DNA from: Eledone cirrhosa
Lineage: Eukaryota
Assembly: GCA_964016885.1 (NCBI GenBank)
Contig: OZ024742.1
Span: 265,360,001-265,424,000 of the forward strand
Direction: 5' to 3'
DNA: 64,000 bases
Shown piece after piece: positions 1-14,139 of this stretch. The notes beneath the pieces were generated by a model. It was given only the letters and a program-made list of their open reading frames with translations. It had not been told where the DNA came from and made no database searches. The first letter of the stretch is position 1, and every line of letters begins with the position of its first letter. Position numbers and translations under genes: made by a program.

Positions 1-420
1 AATTGCTGGAGTTGGAGCAGTAGTGCGCCGGCTTCAGCATTCAATAATCAGAAGGGAAGTAGGCGTAAAAGCCAAACTCACTATCTTCAATTCGGTATTC
101 GTGCCAACCCCTTCCTATGGTCATGTATCTTGGGTAATGACTGAAAGAATACGATCACAAATACAACGGACATGAATGGGGATTCTCCGTAGGGCCTTTG
201 GAGTAATGTTACTCGATAGAGTGCGTAACTCGGAAATCAGAGAATTTCTCCAGGTGTAGCTGCTACTTCTCCGAATTCAAAGATCACAGCTCCGATACTA
301 TAGGAATGTCGTTAGAATGTCTCAAGAAAGAATCACTGGACAGATTTTACAAGCAAAACCAACTGGCAGGAGACCCAGGGTCAGACCCCGAGCAAGATTG
401 TTGGAAAGCATCCTTGCTGG
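1..420 (+). mobile_element. RTE-clade LINE 3' fragment (post-RT region), decayed
   Basis: Manual translation gives AKLTIFNSVFVPTPSYGHVSWVMTERIRSQIQ...GILRRAFGVMLLDRVRNSEIRE...QRSQLRYY...PTGRRPRVRPR, typical of the RTE C-terminal region; contains stops. Confidence 0.75.
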
Positions 421-898
421 TCTTTTATTGTTGCGAACCCATTCTTGTCAGTGAGGGTGCCTTTTGAAAATAATGCATCATAGTTCGTTCTTACTTTATA
501 CAGAGCATCGGACGATGAGATATCTCCAGCACAGTCGCAAATCTTGTCCTGAGCCTGCTCTCAGGCTAGGCCAGGCTTATGTCATCCAAGCCCGCCTCCA
601 CAATCCCTACCTCATAAAAATTCCGTTGAATTAATGAAACTTCTACTTCACAAGACAGGCTGACAATGAACGTAGGGAAATGGCATATCCACTGTATTAT
701 TTCATTATTTCAAACATTTTTGTGTGATGATTGGCGGTGTAAAATACTGGAATGTAGAAGATTGCTTAATCTTTTGTAAGAATGTGGCTGGGGCAGGATA
801 CGGTTGATGTAGTAGCCTATTTGTTTTCTTTTTAATTTATATCTTCATTGGTTTTGTTGTCTCTTTTTAGCGTGCAAGCTATTCGTAATAGAAAGATT

Positions 899-1052
899 TG
901 AAGAAGAAGAAGAAGAAGAAGAAGAAGAAGAAGAAGAAGAAGAAGAAGAAGAAGAAGAAGAAGAAGAAGAAGAAGAAGAAGAAGAAGAAGAAGAAGAAGA
1001 AGAAGAAGAAGAAGAAGAAGAAGAAGAAGAAGAAGAAGAAGAAGAAGAAGAA
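899..1052. repeat. (AAG)n microsatellite, about 50 units
   Basis: Seen directly; accounts for the poly-Phe ORF 879-1169. Confidence 0.98.
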
Positions 1053-1370
1053 GGCTTTTAACATATAAAAGAAAACTAATAAGAATAATAAAAATAGGTG
1101 GGGTGGTGATGTATGAGTTTGAAGAATAATGCAGCTACAATAGTGGGTGGTTAATAGATTGAGACACACAAAGGATTTATTTAACAGTTATGGAAGGGCA
1201 GCTGTCAGTTTAATTGTGTCCATAAAGCGGGTCCAACGAGCTGCAAAGACACCTGTTTGTTTCAAATGAAAGTTCTTACGCAATTGAGCGTATCTTTACC
1301 GAGCCTTCTCTGTTACAATAACTCTGTTCATTTCTCCGAACTATCAATATACATGCATACATACATTCGT

Positions 1371-1496
<126 letters not shown>

Positions 1497-2282
1497 TGGA
1501 TCTTTCGTCTGTTTCGAAGATGACCACATGTAATTGTTAGTTCAACTGAATGTCCAGCTCATGATTTAATGCGTGGCTGTGTATTCAACAAACACGTGTG
1601 GGCCCTTAACCTAATACACGAGTGTATACGCATTGTTGCATATGCATGAATTAGTAAGTATATGCAAACCCAACCCGAATGTGCATGTGTGTGCATGAAT
1701 TCACTAATAGGTCCTGACTTCCCCATATGCATATGTGAGTGTGTGTAGGCAAATCTGTTTGATAGGCTCATATAGAAGTCCATGTGTGCGAGTACATCTG
1801 TCATATTAACAAAGAAATATTATTCAACGATATATTCACCACGGCAAATAAATTAAAATTAAAATTCATTATGACTAATCACACGTTAAGAAAATTTAAA
1901 TTCATTAAATTAAAAATTAAATTTCATTTAATAACCTTTAGTAAAATAATTTACCATACATACACAGACAGTTATATATTGCACTTAGTAATATATTGAC
2001 AACATTTAGTTGATCTTATATACTTATACAGCCAGAAAATTTAGACTATTACCCACAGGTCAACTGACCAATCAAATTACCGCCAAAACATTAAGACCAA
2101 AGAATACTAATCCTCAACAGCTCCTAACGACACGCACATACCTAACTAAAGACTATATATATATATACCGTTTAAACATAGCCAATCTCTTGAAATGTTA
2201 TGAAGTGATGAGGGGATATTGTTAATATGAAGAATGGTGTGCTCATGTTATAAGATAAGGTGAAGACTTTTAAAGACAGAAG

Positions 2283-2590
2283 AAGTTACCATCAGATTCT
2301 ATGAGAAATCGAACCCTATATCATCCGGATACAAGCTAGGTGCTTTAAACAATTAAGCCAGGGATCGTGCAAGTATTACAATCTAAAATTAGATAGCTGA
2401 GTCAATGATTCGTAAAAGTTCGAGAGATCGATTACCTATATGTGATGTTTGTTGACATTTAAAACCCGGAGTTCGGCTATCTAATTTAGGGCAGTAAGAG
2501 TTGTTATGGTCACTTGGCTTAATGGGTTAAAGCCTAGTCCGCATCTGGGAAATATAGGGTTCGATTCTTTATGCGGCAGGTGGCAACATT
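2283..2590. mobile_element. Palindromic element with two back-to-back tRNA-like heads
   Basis: 2515-2590 (+) tggcttaatgggttaaagc...atagggttcgattc has A-box and B-box-like motifs; 2283-2360 is an imperfect reverse complement; inner arms 2387-2400 and 2473-2486 also pair. Confidence 0.6.
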
Positions 2591-2607
2591 TTGTTCCATC
2601 ACCATTC

Positions 2608-2672
<65 letters not shown>

Positions 2673-2751
2673 TTATATATATATATATATATGAAAACAG
2701 GGAGAAAGAGACGATTATTAGGAAGAAAAATATTTTTTTTTCCTTTTTTAT

Positions 2752-2801
<50 letters not shown>

Positions 2802-3519
2802 TGTATATATATATATATATGTGTGTGTGTGGGTGTGTGTGTGTGTAAGTGTGTGTGCGTTCGATGATACTGGTTGCGATCAGCAACAACACTACTTTAT
2901 TTCACTGAAGAAGCTTAGTGAAATCAATTCTCACTTTGTTTGTAAGAAAATGAATGAACAAACTTGTGTGTGTTTATATTTATATATATACCATTTAAGT
3001 TTGTTTGATTTTCAAAGGAAAGAACTGGTGGTTCTGGTTGGTAAGCCATGATGTAACAAATATTCAAAGCACTCAACGTTATGTAAGTCATCCATCGTAG
3101 ACGTGGTGTCCAGTGGTTGGTGCAGGAACGGAGTAAAGTATTCATTAAAAAACAACAAAAGGCCGGACTGAAAAATTTGCTTTTGAATTTTTATTCCGTG
3201 AAATCACTACACATATTTCAATGGCCGAGCTCCAATTATGATGCAAGACAGGACGATTTCATCAGGCGACATTCACAGAATTACTTAACAGAGTTACGTA
3301 CCCAAACATATAATGGAAGATAGGGAAAAGAAAATAGAAAATTGGAAATCGGAAATTCGATTCGGGGACTGTTTGCAAAAAAACTGTTATATTGTTACGA
3401 GGCAGATAATATTGCAAAATTAGTCACAGGTAAACAATACTTCACGGTCATTGGCTGTCGAAATAGGTGTGCACTGTTTCGAAACCTATGGTAAAATAAA
3501 GTACCAGTAATACACCTAT

Positions 3520-3671
3520 GGTGTATTACTGGTACTTTATTTTATCGATCCCGTAAGGATGAAAGGCAAAGTTAACCTCGGCGGAATTTGAACTCAGAAT
3601 GGTAAGGGCCGTAACTCTATGCGTCAAAGCATGGCGTCCGACCCTCTACCGATCTCTGCCAGTTCACCACC
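3520..3671 (-). mobile_element. tRNA-derived SINE (main family in window)
   Basis: Reverse complement of the head ggtgaactggcag...gagttcaaattccgccg plus the body ttgcctttcatccttacgggatcgataaaataaagtaccag seen at about 10 loci. Confidence 0.85.
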
Positions 3672-4859
3672 TTGATAATAATAATGGTAGACATACACAT
3701 ACACGTATTCCAGGTCCGAACACAGAGGAGCCGAACTCCCACTGCCTCCATCTCTCTCGCCCTCTACAATATATTATTACAGTTATAAAATACAATTGCA
3801 ACTGACATAACACGTGCATATTATGGACAAATAAAATATGTAGTTTTTTCCTCCAGTGTTGGTCACGTGGTATGTCACTTAATGCAGTGTAATAGTATAT
3901 CTCCTCAAGTATTTTTTGATAACTTCGGCTGTTTCCTTTTTGCTTTAGGCTGAAGTTTCTTCTCTCTCTCTCCTTCTCCCCCCTCTCTCTTTCTCTCTCT
4001 TTTCTCTCCCTCTCCTAACACCTCTCTCTTTGTTTCTTACTTTCTCTCATAGGAATTTATAATATTTAATAATACATTAACTTGAAACAAAATAACTGAA
4101 TTAATCTATTTACTTGAAAGAAGCATTTCCGTTGACGATAGAATTACTTTTTTAATAGTCATATTAGAAATTAGACCAGTTAGAAATAGCAACAAATCTC
4201 CTTCAGATTGCATCCTAACGTCTTTAAAATAATGTAGTCCTAAAATACACTGTTTGAAAGAAACGCGTAAACTTCTTTGTTATAGATCTTTTCAATCAAG
4301 GCTGACCTTAGGTTAAACCACAACAACAATAGCAAGTCAGTATGTGTATCATGCTATATGTTCAATTTCCTGACATGTGTTCAGTTATGATACCTGTTCG
4401 TTATATGTATTAACACCTGTTCAGTGTATGTAAATCTATGTAAATCTACGCATTGCACTTTACAGTAATATCTTTTTTTTTTTTTTATTAATGTTTTTCC
4501 TGCCATGACATCTGTATATTTACAGTAATACATATATATTCAGTTAATGCGATAGTTTCATTATTTACTGATAACTTGTCTTCAGTTACTGTCATATCTC
4601 TTACTACCGTATCGTCTTTCTGTCATATCTGTTAAGTTTCTTTCACATCTGTTCAATTAACTATGGTATGTGTTAGCTTCCTGAGAACGCTATTACACAG
4701 TCATCACATTCACTGTTCATTCACTGAACATCTGTTTCACAACTTTCAGATATGTTAACATCTGTAACAGATCTAATGAGAAAAATTATATATCTTTTAA
4801 TTTTATGGCTGATATTTAAAATTTCTATCCATGCCAGGATATTTTCTATAATGATCAGC

Positions 4860-5020
4860 GCTTTAATTACATCCGAGGTCCGAAGTAACAGGCCAATCCA
4901 AAATGTTGAGTAATATCATTACTATATAAACAGAGAAACGAAGTAGACTTTTAAGAATTAAAGACCGTGTTATCCATGATCGTCAAGATTATCATTCGTT
5001 AACGGGGGCAATGTCTCTAT
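4860..5020 (-). mobile_element. Possible Tc1/mariner transposase remnant
   Basis: Minus strand reads ..MDNT.. and later LNILDWPVTSDL, resembling the QDNA...WPxxSPDL motifs; very degenerate. Confidence 0.3.
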
Positions 5021-6139
5021 GGCTCTGTTGTAGTTTCGCTGAAGTTTCAATAACCCAAATCTCGAAATGCAGAATTTTACACAATGGACAATACTTCATA
5101 ACCTCATTCAATCGCAACCCCACCGTTAACGAAAACGTAGTTTCAATTTCCTCTTCAAAACAAGAGACTGGTTTAAACGTACAGTAAACCTCGTTAATAC
5201 TGCGAGCAATTAATCAGTTGACATGATATTTAATTGCTTATTTAGTAATTTCCTTAATTTCGTGTCGTAAACAAAACAATTTATTTCATGAACATTTACT
5301 TTTTTTAATGTGTCGCGAATATGAAAAGTTTGAGAAGGTTCTGATCTAGAAACGAGAAAACTTTTGGATATATTGATTGTTATCATTTACAAGAGGAAAT
5401 GTGACAAAGTAGATTGCGACAGTTTTTGAGATCTCCTGCCCTTAACCGTGTTGATATTTCTGGATCAGGTTTTCAAAAATAAAGTCAAACAAATCTTGGA
5501 GGATATTCTGCACAGGGTACAAATTGGATTTCAACCATTCTACATTCTACTCATTTGATATTCTGAGTTAGATTGTTGCAAGGTGTGTGTATATGATGTA
5601 TATTTGTGTTTTATGTATACGTGTGTAATAAGATAAATTTATATAGTCAATATGTCTGTTTGTAATTGGACCTAAAAATGGTAATAAATTCGGACTAGAT
5701 GCAAAATATAGTTCACCAAAGTTAGTAAAATCCTAAACTAAATGTAAAGTGTAAGCCACATCTACTATCCCTTAAGTATTTTAGTAATTATATGATTTAG
5801 TTTTAGGTTTCGTATAGGTTATATACATGAACATACAGTGTACATGATGTACTTGCAAGTAACAAATTTAAAGTAAAAAGTATAATTTTGTCAGGAGTCT
5901 CACAAAATATCGTACGACCATATCATTTGATCCTATTGGACCCAGTCATAATCTGGCTTCGTCTTGATGTATGTTTATGGTGTTTGTGGTGTGTATTTAA
6001 TGTCTGTGTGTGTTTATGTGTGTTTGTGTGTGTTTGTGTGTGTCTGTGTGCGTGCGTCTCTGTGTGTCTGTGTGTTTCTGGAGTATGTTTTTTGTTTCTT
6101 TTTGTGTGTACTATGTGTTTCTTGTGTTAGTATGAGTGC

Positions 6140-6460
6140 ACTGTGAAGTGCAGCCATGTTACAATAGCGCCCTCGTTGTTGGGTTGGTATGGCTGTACTG
6201 TACACTGCAGCCATGCTGGGATACAAGCCTTAATTGTATATGAATGCAATGTAAATTGCGGTTAGCCTGGAACATTCCCATCAATGTTATCTTGGTATGG
6301 ATGTACTCTCAACTGCGACCATACTTGGGCATCATCTTCAATGTTGCCATGGTATGGATATACAGCAAACTGCAGCCATTCTGGGGCAACTACGCCCGTT
6401 TATTTTCTTATATGATTCTACTGTAGACTACAGCCATGTTGGGACACCGCCCTCAGTATT
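6140..6460. repeat. Degenerate tandem repeat of about 57 bp
   Basis: Recurring ttggtatggatgtac...ctgcagccat(g)ctggg blocks; the two best units start near 6283 and 6340. Confidence 0.65.
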
Positions 6461-7299
6461 GAGTTGGTGTGTTTGCGTTGTCCTAATTTTTCACATTTTA
6501 CTGAACCTTATGTCTTGTTTGAACATTATAGAAACATTAGCAGCTGCTCAAATATAATGTATATTTAAGCCATTTAATCTCATCAGGAATCTTGATCCGT
6601 AAGATCAGTGATTAAGCAGGCATTTACTGTGGAGCAAACTTAAAGTTAAATCCCTTAATTTATAGGACGTCACTAATTGAAAGTAACTTGTTTTCTCTCT
6701 TAGAAAAATAAAACAAGTACTAATTCGTCACAGTTAGATTAACATTGGTAATGTAGAATAATTAACTGTTTTGCTCTGACATTCAACAAATCATTGCAGT
6801 GAATTTGGTAGTTAGAACACGTAATCTAGCACTCCTATGCACTTTAGTACACACAACGCCCATATTCTTTTGGCCTTGAAGAAGGAAATGCCGCTTTATG
6901 GTTCAGTTTCGATGTTCTACAATTACTAAAGTACACAATTCTATATCTGCAAGTTTATAGAAAGATATGAAATCATGTTATATATCAGATTGCTGATTTT
7001 AAATAAAAAAATATATAAGACGTTCGATCGAGTACATGGGTTCAAACCTATTCCATAACAACCCCTAACTCAGACTCCACGAAACATAGACGTTTTATCT
7101 TTATACCATCCATTCATTCGTTTAATCCGAGACACCATACTAACACAATCTCATAGCTCAAGACATCAACCTGGGGGCGTAAAATATGATCATCAAACAC
7201 ATCAAACTAATCAATTTAGAAAGACTTGGAAGTATGTAACCATTGTTCCCAGGGCCTGATTCAGTACTCTTGAGGACACAAACAATAAAAGATATATAT

Positions 7300-7690
7300 A
7301 CATACATGGTGGCTGCCAACTCGTTTTCGAGTACGGCAACTACTTTATATCCATGTAGGAGAACTCCTACCGATGCGCTAAACGAGTGTGACTTTTTAGT
7401 CCAGCCAGCGACTTGAAAACTCTGGTACGAACACTACACCTGTGACAATTATTGACACATAGTGCTAGGCCCATGGTACCATGTGACGACAAGTGCAGAG
7501 AGATCTCCAGATATAAAGCAATGCCTGTGGCGTGAAGCTTTTATAGTGAGCAAAGGCACTGCACAAAGCCAGTCCCACTCTCTTAACCAAGATGATATTT
7601 ACCAAAAAGAAGAGCAAGTCAACATCATTGGATACCATCAGGGTTGCAGGTGTTATATCAGAGTTTTCCTTTTCCTAGAATTCTGCCTTG
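7300..7690 (-). mobile_element. RTE/BovB-like LINE 3' end
   Basis: Minus strand ends ...C..RTRVFKSLAGLKSHTRLAHR*, resembling the terminal CxxC-R-x-F-x-S-x-x-GL-x-SH motif of RTE elements. Confidence 0.55.
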
Positions 7691-7741
7691 ACAATTTTAT
7701 ATATATATAAAATAAATGTTTTATATATATATATATAATGT

Positions 7742-7915
7742 ATAAACAATACAATATAATTACCTCATTACCAGAGGTTTCCCGAATAAGACGAATACGA
7801 AAAACGTCGTCATTCGTTCGGCGGATAAGGCATTTTAAAACATAGTGAAATATTTTTCGTATTCGTCTTATTCGGGAAACCTCTGGTAATGAGGTAATTA
7901 TATTGTATTGTTTAT
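7742..7915. repeat. Perfect 63-bp inverted repeat derived from a PLE pLTR/HHR
   Basis: 7742-7804 is the exact reverse complement of 7853-7915; homologous to 48975-49088. Confidence 0.92.
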
Positions 7916-7993
7916 TATACATTAAATTTAGCTCTGGCACTTACACAGAGCACTCTTCACTCCTATGACTTTTTCAATTTTCAACGGAAACTT

Positions 7994-8039
<46 letters not shown>

Positions 8040-8117
8040 GGTGTAGGATGCTTAAAGCGTCCGTAAGCGGTAGGCTGTTTGAGCACTCGATGCTCTTACA
8101 GAGCAGAGTATGATATC

Positions 8118-8291
8118 ACATAAGAAACGGAGAATCAGTGTTGCGACGAGGAATGATCGATGTAATGATCGAACCTGACACTGAAATCGCAAGGTCCTCA
8201 GAGACATTTCGAGACGTATCTGAGGACTTTGCGATTGTAATATGTCTAATAAATTTTATTCGTCGCAACACTGATTCTCCGTTTCTTATGT
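8118..8291. repeat. Nested inverted repeat centred on TCGA (8209-8212)
   Basis: Outer 32-bp arms 8118-8149/8260-8291 and inner arms spanning 8185-8236. Confidence 0.88.
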
Positions 8292-8323
<32 letters not shown>

Positions 8324-8332
8324 GGGGGGGGG

Positions 8333-8366
<34 letters not shown>

Positions 8367-8373
8367 CGTGTGT

Positions 8374-8412
<39 letters not shown>

Positions 8413-8681
8413 TAGGCTGTCCCCTTTATAAACAGCCTGCCAACAAATATATTTTAGATAACAAATATATTTAATGTGAATAAAATTAATTTAATGAAAA
8501 AGAAAAAAATATATAAAATAAATTTGCATTTATTCTAATTGCAAATACACATACATACATGTATGTATGTATGTATGTATGTATGTATGTATGTATGTAT
8601 GTATGTATGTATGTATGTATGTATGTATGCATGCATGCATGCATGCATATATGTATCTATATATACATGCATGTATGTATG

Positions 8682-10416
8682 TTCTCTCTTTCTGTTAATT
8701 TCGAGTATATTTTTGACCGGCCACCTTCCTGGTGTCAAGTTGTAAAAGAAAAGAAATTGTCATCCCTTGAATCGCAAGAATGGTTTGCAAATTTTGAACG
8801 TGCCAGCTATCGCAGCCATTTGTAGACTATGAATTAGGAAGCTGCGCTCTTTGTCCGCAAATCCAAGTTCAGTTATACATTGGTCCAAGCGGGTTGGTAT
8901 ATAACCCGTAGCTCCAATAATGATGGATATGAAGCTAAAGGTGTATCTTGGATACTGGATTTGTAAACTCCTCATCAATGATCCGTAGATGTCCTCCTTC
9001 TCCTGTATTTTTCTGACAACGTTTACATTAAGTGGGTAGCTGATCTCCACAACAGAACACGTTTTCAATGTGTGGTCCCAAACAAAAATATCAAGCCGGT
9101 TGTGCTTTAATTTGGTGGCAGTTTTTATTTTCAGGTTCCACCAGTATTCCTTAGTGGCATCTGTCTCAATATATTCTTCCTCGTTTGTTTTTAATTTTGT
9201 TTTCCGAAGTGCGTTCCAGATGGTTCTAGCTATCCCATCGTGTCTCATGGAGAGGTAGTAGCGAGAAGACATTCTTTCGCAGCTGGCAACAATGTGGGTT
9301 ACATCTTTGTTCTTTGTTTTGCATAGCCTGCATATATTGTCAGCTGATGGCCCTCCTCTTTTGTACAGCAGATATTTGGTAGGGAGTTCTTGTTCCTGTA
9401 TTGCAGAGAGATATCCCTCAAGGTGTGATGTCATAAAAATCGGAACTATATGCCAGGCTTTTTGAGGGGTTTATCCCCTCTATGGTCTGTGTTTTACGTC
9501 TCAAGTATCCATGCACAACTTTTTCTGTAAATTGATCAAATATTTCATCTTGTTTGAACATTGAATAGGATCTTCCGATTTCTCTGGGTGAGAGATTTAT
9601 ATCAGGCTTTATTCCATATCTCTCCTCCAGATCAGTGGCTATCCTAATGATATTTTTTTCTTCGTGCTCATAAACCTGGGCAAGATGGTTGCCAACCTTT
9701 TTCCTCTGTTGAAGATGTTGCTTCAGTTTTACTATCCGGGTCTCATATGATGTTAATATGGATTTTAGACCCCGGCCACCTTCCTTGTGTGAGAAGTATA
9801 GCCTATCCACATCACCATTGATGTTAAAGTTCCCAGTAACACTGAGAAATTTGCGAGTTCTAACGTCCATCTCACTTAGTTCTTGCAATGACCAGTTCAG
9901 CAGGCCAAATGTTAGCGTTGGAGTTGGCACAGCATAAGTATTGTGGGTAATGTACTTGTTGTACGCTGACAGTTCTGATGACCATATTTTCTTTACTCTT
10001 CTGAGGTATTCAGTTCTGGTTCTCTCCTTATTTATGGGTCCATCATATCTGATATTGTCATCCTGTCCAAGATATCTGTAGTTGTCACCTGACTGTAGAG
10101 GTTGTATTGTCAGGCCGTTCATCTCTAGATTTCTAGAGGAGGGCACAGCTCTTCCACGTTTTATTGCCAAATATGCACACTTGGACTCACCAAATTTCAT
10201 TTTGATGTCTGTTGAAAATTGTGTAATGAGGTCCAATTGTTTCTTGATGTCATTGATATTTGGCCCATACAAATTCAGGTCATCAACAAAGAAAAGATGG
10301 AAGATACTTCTGGACCCACTTCTTTGTCCACTTTGTTTCCTGAGTAGGTAAGATAGTGGATTTAGTGAGAGAACGAAGAGTAGCACTGACAAGCTATCAC
10401 CGTGAAAGATGCCCTT
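8682..10416 (-). mobile_element. R4/Dong-type non-LTR retrotransposon, 5'-truncated (RT C-half, CCHC, REL endonuclease)
   Basis: KGIFHGDSLS, HLFFVDDLNLY, YRYLG, CRLC...HIVASC, RHD, RLDIFV...VEIS in ORFs 9418-10392 and 8760-9434. Confidence 0.88.
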
Positions 10417-11039
10417 GTATGTATGTATGTATGTATGTATGTATGTATGTATGTATGTATGTATGTATTATGTATGTATGTATGTGTATATTTATGTACG
10501 TGTGTATGTATTTCTACATTCTTTAAAAATTTCAAATTTACCCAACGCTCCGATACTTTATTTCTTAAATGTTGTTCCATTTAAGACGGAGACTATTGTA
10601 AAAAATCGTTTAACACAATGTTTTCAAGTATCAGCCGAAGTTTGATAGTTTCGGATGTCATATCTTCGTAGTGGACGTCTACCAACTTTTTCCGTTTATA
10701 AAAATAATTTATCTGATTCTCTAAGCTATTATTAATAGTTGTTGACAGTGGTTTCAGTTAGATTCTGAGTTTGGGATTTTTACATTTTTAAAGAACACCC
10801 CCCACCCCACCTATACACACACATATATATATATATATATAAGAAGCAAATCCTCCCTCCTATTGGGATCCAGTCCATAACACATTCAGATAGCCGGGAA
10901 CTTGTTGGTATTCCCACTCTCGCCTGTGCAGTCAATTCTGGCATGCTATAAGACTACCATTTTTTCACTAAATCGCAGTGACTTTTGGTGGTTTTATTCA
11001 CACCACTCACCAATCTTCGCAGACCCGCGAAGACTTGAC

Positions 11040-11400
11040 TTTTTTAGTGGTGGCCTATACTCGCCTCATCATAGCTACAACAGTGGATAGTGAGAGGTTT
11101 TTCGGGAGCTAAAGGTGTCACCCTTTGCGCCAGCTCTCCTAGATATTTACCGTTGTTAACCCTTCGGATATATGACTTAGTCATATATCCGAAGGGGATA
11201 CTTCAATGCATATTGTGACACTCATCACCTAACATAGAAAGTAACGATTGGAAGGAAAGGTGATCCCGATCTAATTACTTATGGAGAGGCGTCAACCTTC
11301 TGTTCTAGTAATGGGCTCTCTATTATGAACACCTTCAAGCACAAAGAAATCCATAAATATACATGAGATAAGGGGAATCAGACGCAGAGATCAATAATTT
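11040..11400 (+). mobile_element. RTE-type AP-endonuclease remnant
   Basis: G.FNA-like motif followed by NGLSIMNTFKHKEIHKYT, similar to RTE endonuclease. Confidence 0.5.
11160..11196. repeat. Perfect palindrome with 18-bp arms
   Basis: cccttcggatatatgact-t-agtcatatatccgaaggg, preceded by TTAA. Confidence 0.92.
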
Positions 11401-11819
11401 TTATAAAGTACCAGATTGGTGATTGGCGCAATTAAGACCACCGAAACTGTAACTGCAATATGGTGAGAGGAACAAAAATGAAACATACTGCACCGACGAC
11501 CTTCTCACTGGTTAACAAGAGACGACTTCAGTCTTTAGAAAAAATATATTGTAGTCTCCATTTCATGCCGCCAAAACTGGCTTCAACTCGCTTACATTAC
11601 AAATTATGTTGTTGTGGAGACTTCACAGAAACTCTATAATACTAACTGTTCCAAAGTAAAAACTACCAATCTGTGGATAAGGACATTTTAAAGTTGATCT
11701 TGTAAAAAATACGAAAATTGAAGAGTCAGAAGTTTATAAAGATTCTCTCAAACAATATGGAAGCTACGAAAATATTCAACAACAGAATCTTTTAGCTGTT
11801 TGATAATTGTCCGTGTTTT

Positions 11820-12272
11820 ACGATAAAATAAAATACCAGTAATGAACTTGGTAATTGCTGGCCTTGTGCCAAAAGTAGAAGCAATTATTATTATTATTAC
11901 TTATACACTTGTTACTAATGGCGGTGGATTGGCAGTATCGGTAGAGGTTCGGACGCCATGCTTTGACGCATAGAGTTACGGCCCTTGCCATTCTGAGTTC
12001 AAATCCCGCCGAGGTTAACTTTGCCTTTCATCCTTACGGGGTCGATAAAATAAAGTACCAGTAATGTACTGGGTAATTTTCTGGCCTTGTGCCAATAGTA
12101 GAAACAATTATTATTACTTATACACAGGCCCTCTCCATTCTGAGTTCAAATCCCGCCTAGGTTAAGTTTTCCTTTCATCCTTACAGAGTCGATAAAATAA
12201 AGTACCAGTAATACACTGGGGTATTGCTGGCCTTGTGCCAAAAAACGTAGAAACAATTATTACTTATACACA
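11820..12272 (+). mobile_element. Tandem trio of SINE copies (3' fragment, full copy from 11920, 5'-truncated copy)
   Basis: Three gataaaataaagtaccag...ggccttgtgccaaaagtagaaacaatt(att)n units; the middle one has the full tRNA-like head. Confidence 0.88.
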
Positions 12273-12403
12273 GGGTCTTCCGATGACCCTGTGATAAGCA
12301 GGCGAAATTCCTAAGTAATAAGACTCACTACTTAGCCTTAATAAAATGAATATTAAAACTCTACTTCCGTATTGAATACTCCTTTCTCTCAGCAGTGTAT
12401 ATG

Positions 12404-13432
<1,029 letters not shown>

Positions 13433-13536
13433 CCGTATGTGATTGATATATATCGATATTTCAATCTATGCATTTATCCATCAGTATAAATGCATATGCG
13501 TTTATGTGTGTGTGTATATTTACATCTCTCTCACTC

Positions 13537-13590
<54 letters not shown>

Positions 13591-13616
13591 TACACACAAA
13601 TATGTACGTGTATATA

Positions 13617-13689
<73 letters not shown>

Positions 13690-14030
13690 ATAATGGCATA
13701 ATGCATACACATACAATCACAGACACAAAGTTATAGGCACACACACATACACACACTAATTCCTGACCTTTGTGAGAGGGGGCCGTTAGACAATATTTTC
13801 GCACGAATGCATGTGAAAGTTTCACTTATATTAGGTCTGTTTTATGTTTCTCCTCCTCATACAGTTTCTTAGTCTCTTTCTTCTGTCTTTCTTTATCCCT
13901 CGCATAGGCATGTGTGTGTGGATTTGCAAATATGCCGTATGTGTGTATACATATACATACATGATTCAATGTGTATGTGTGTGAGTGTAATCACGTACAC
14001 ACACATGCTCGCGCATTCATACACATATTT

Positions 14031-14139
<109 letters not shown>

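Noticed and set aside
2515-2590. Functional tRNA gene
   Set aside because: No convincing acceptor or anticodon stems; only A/B-box-like motifs.
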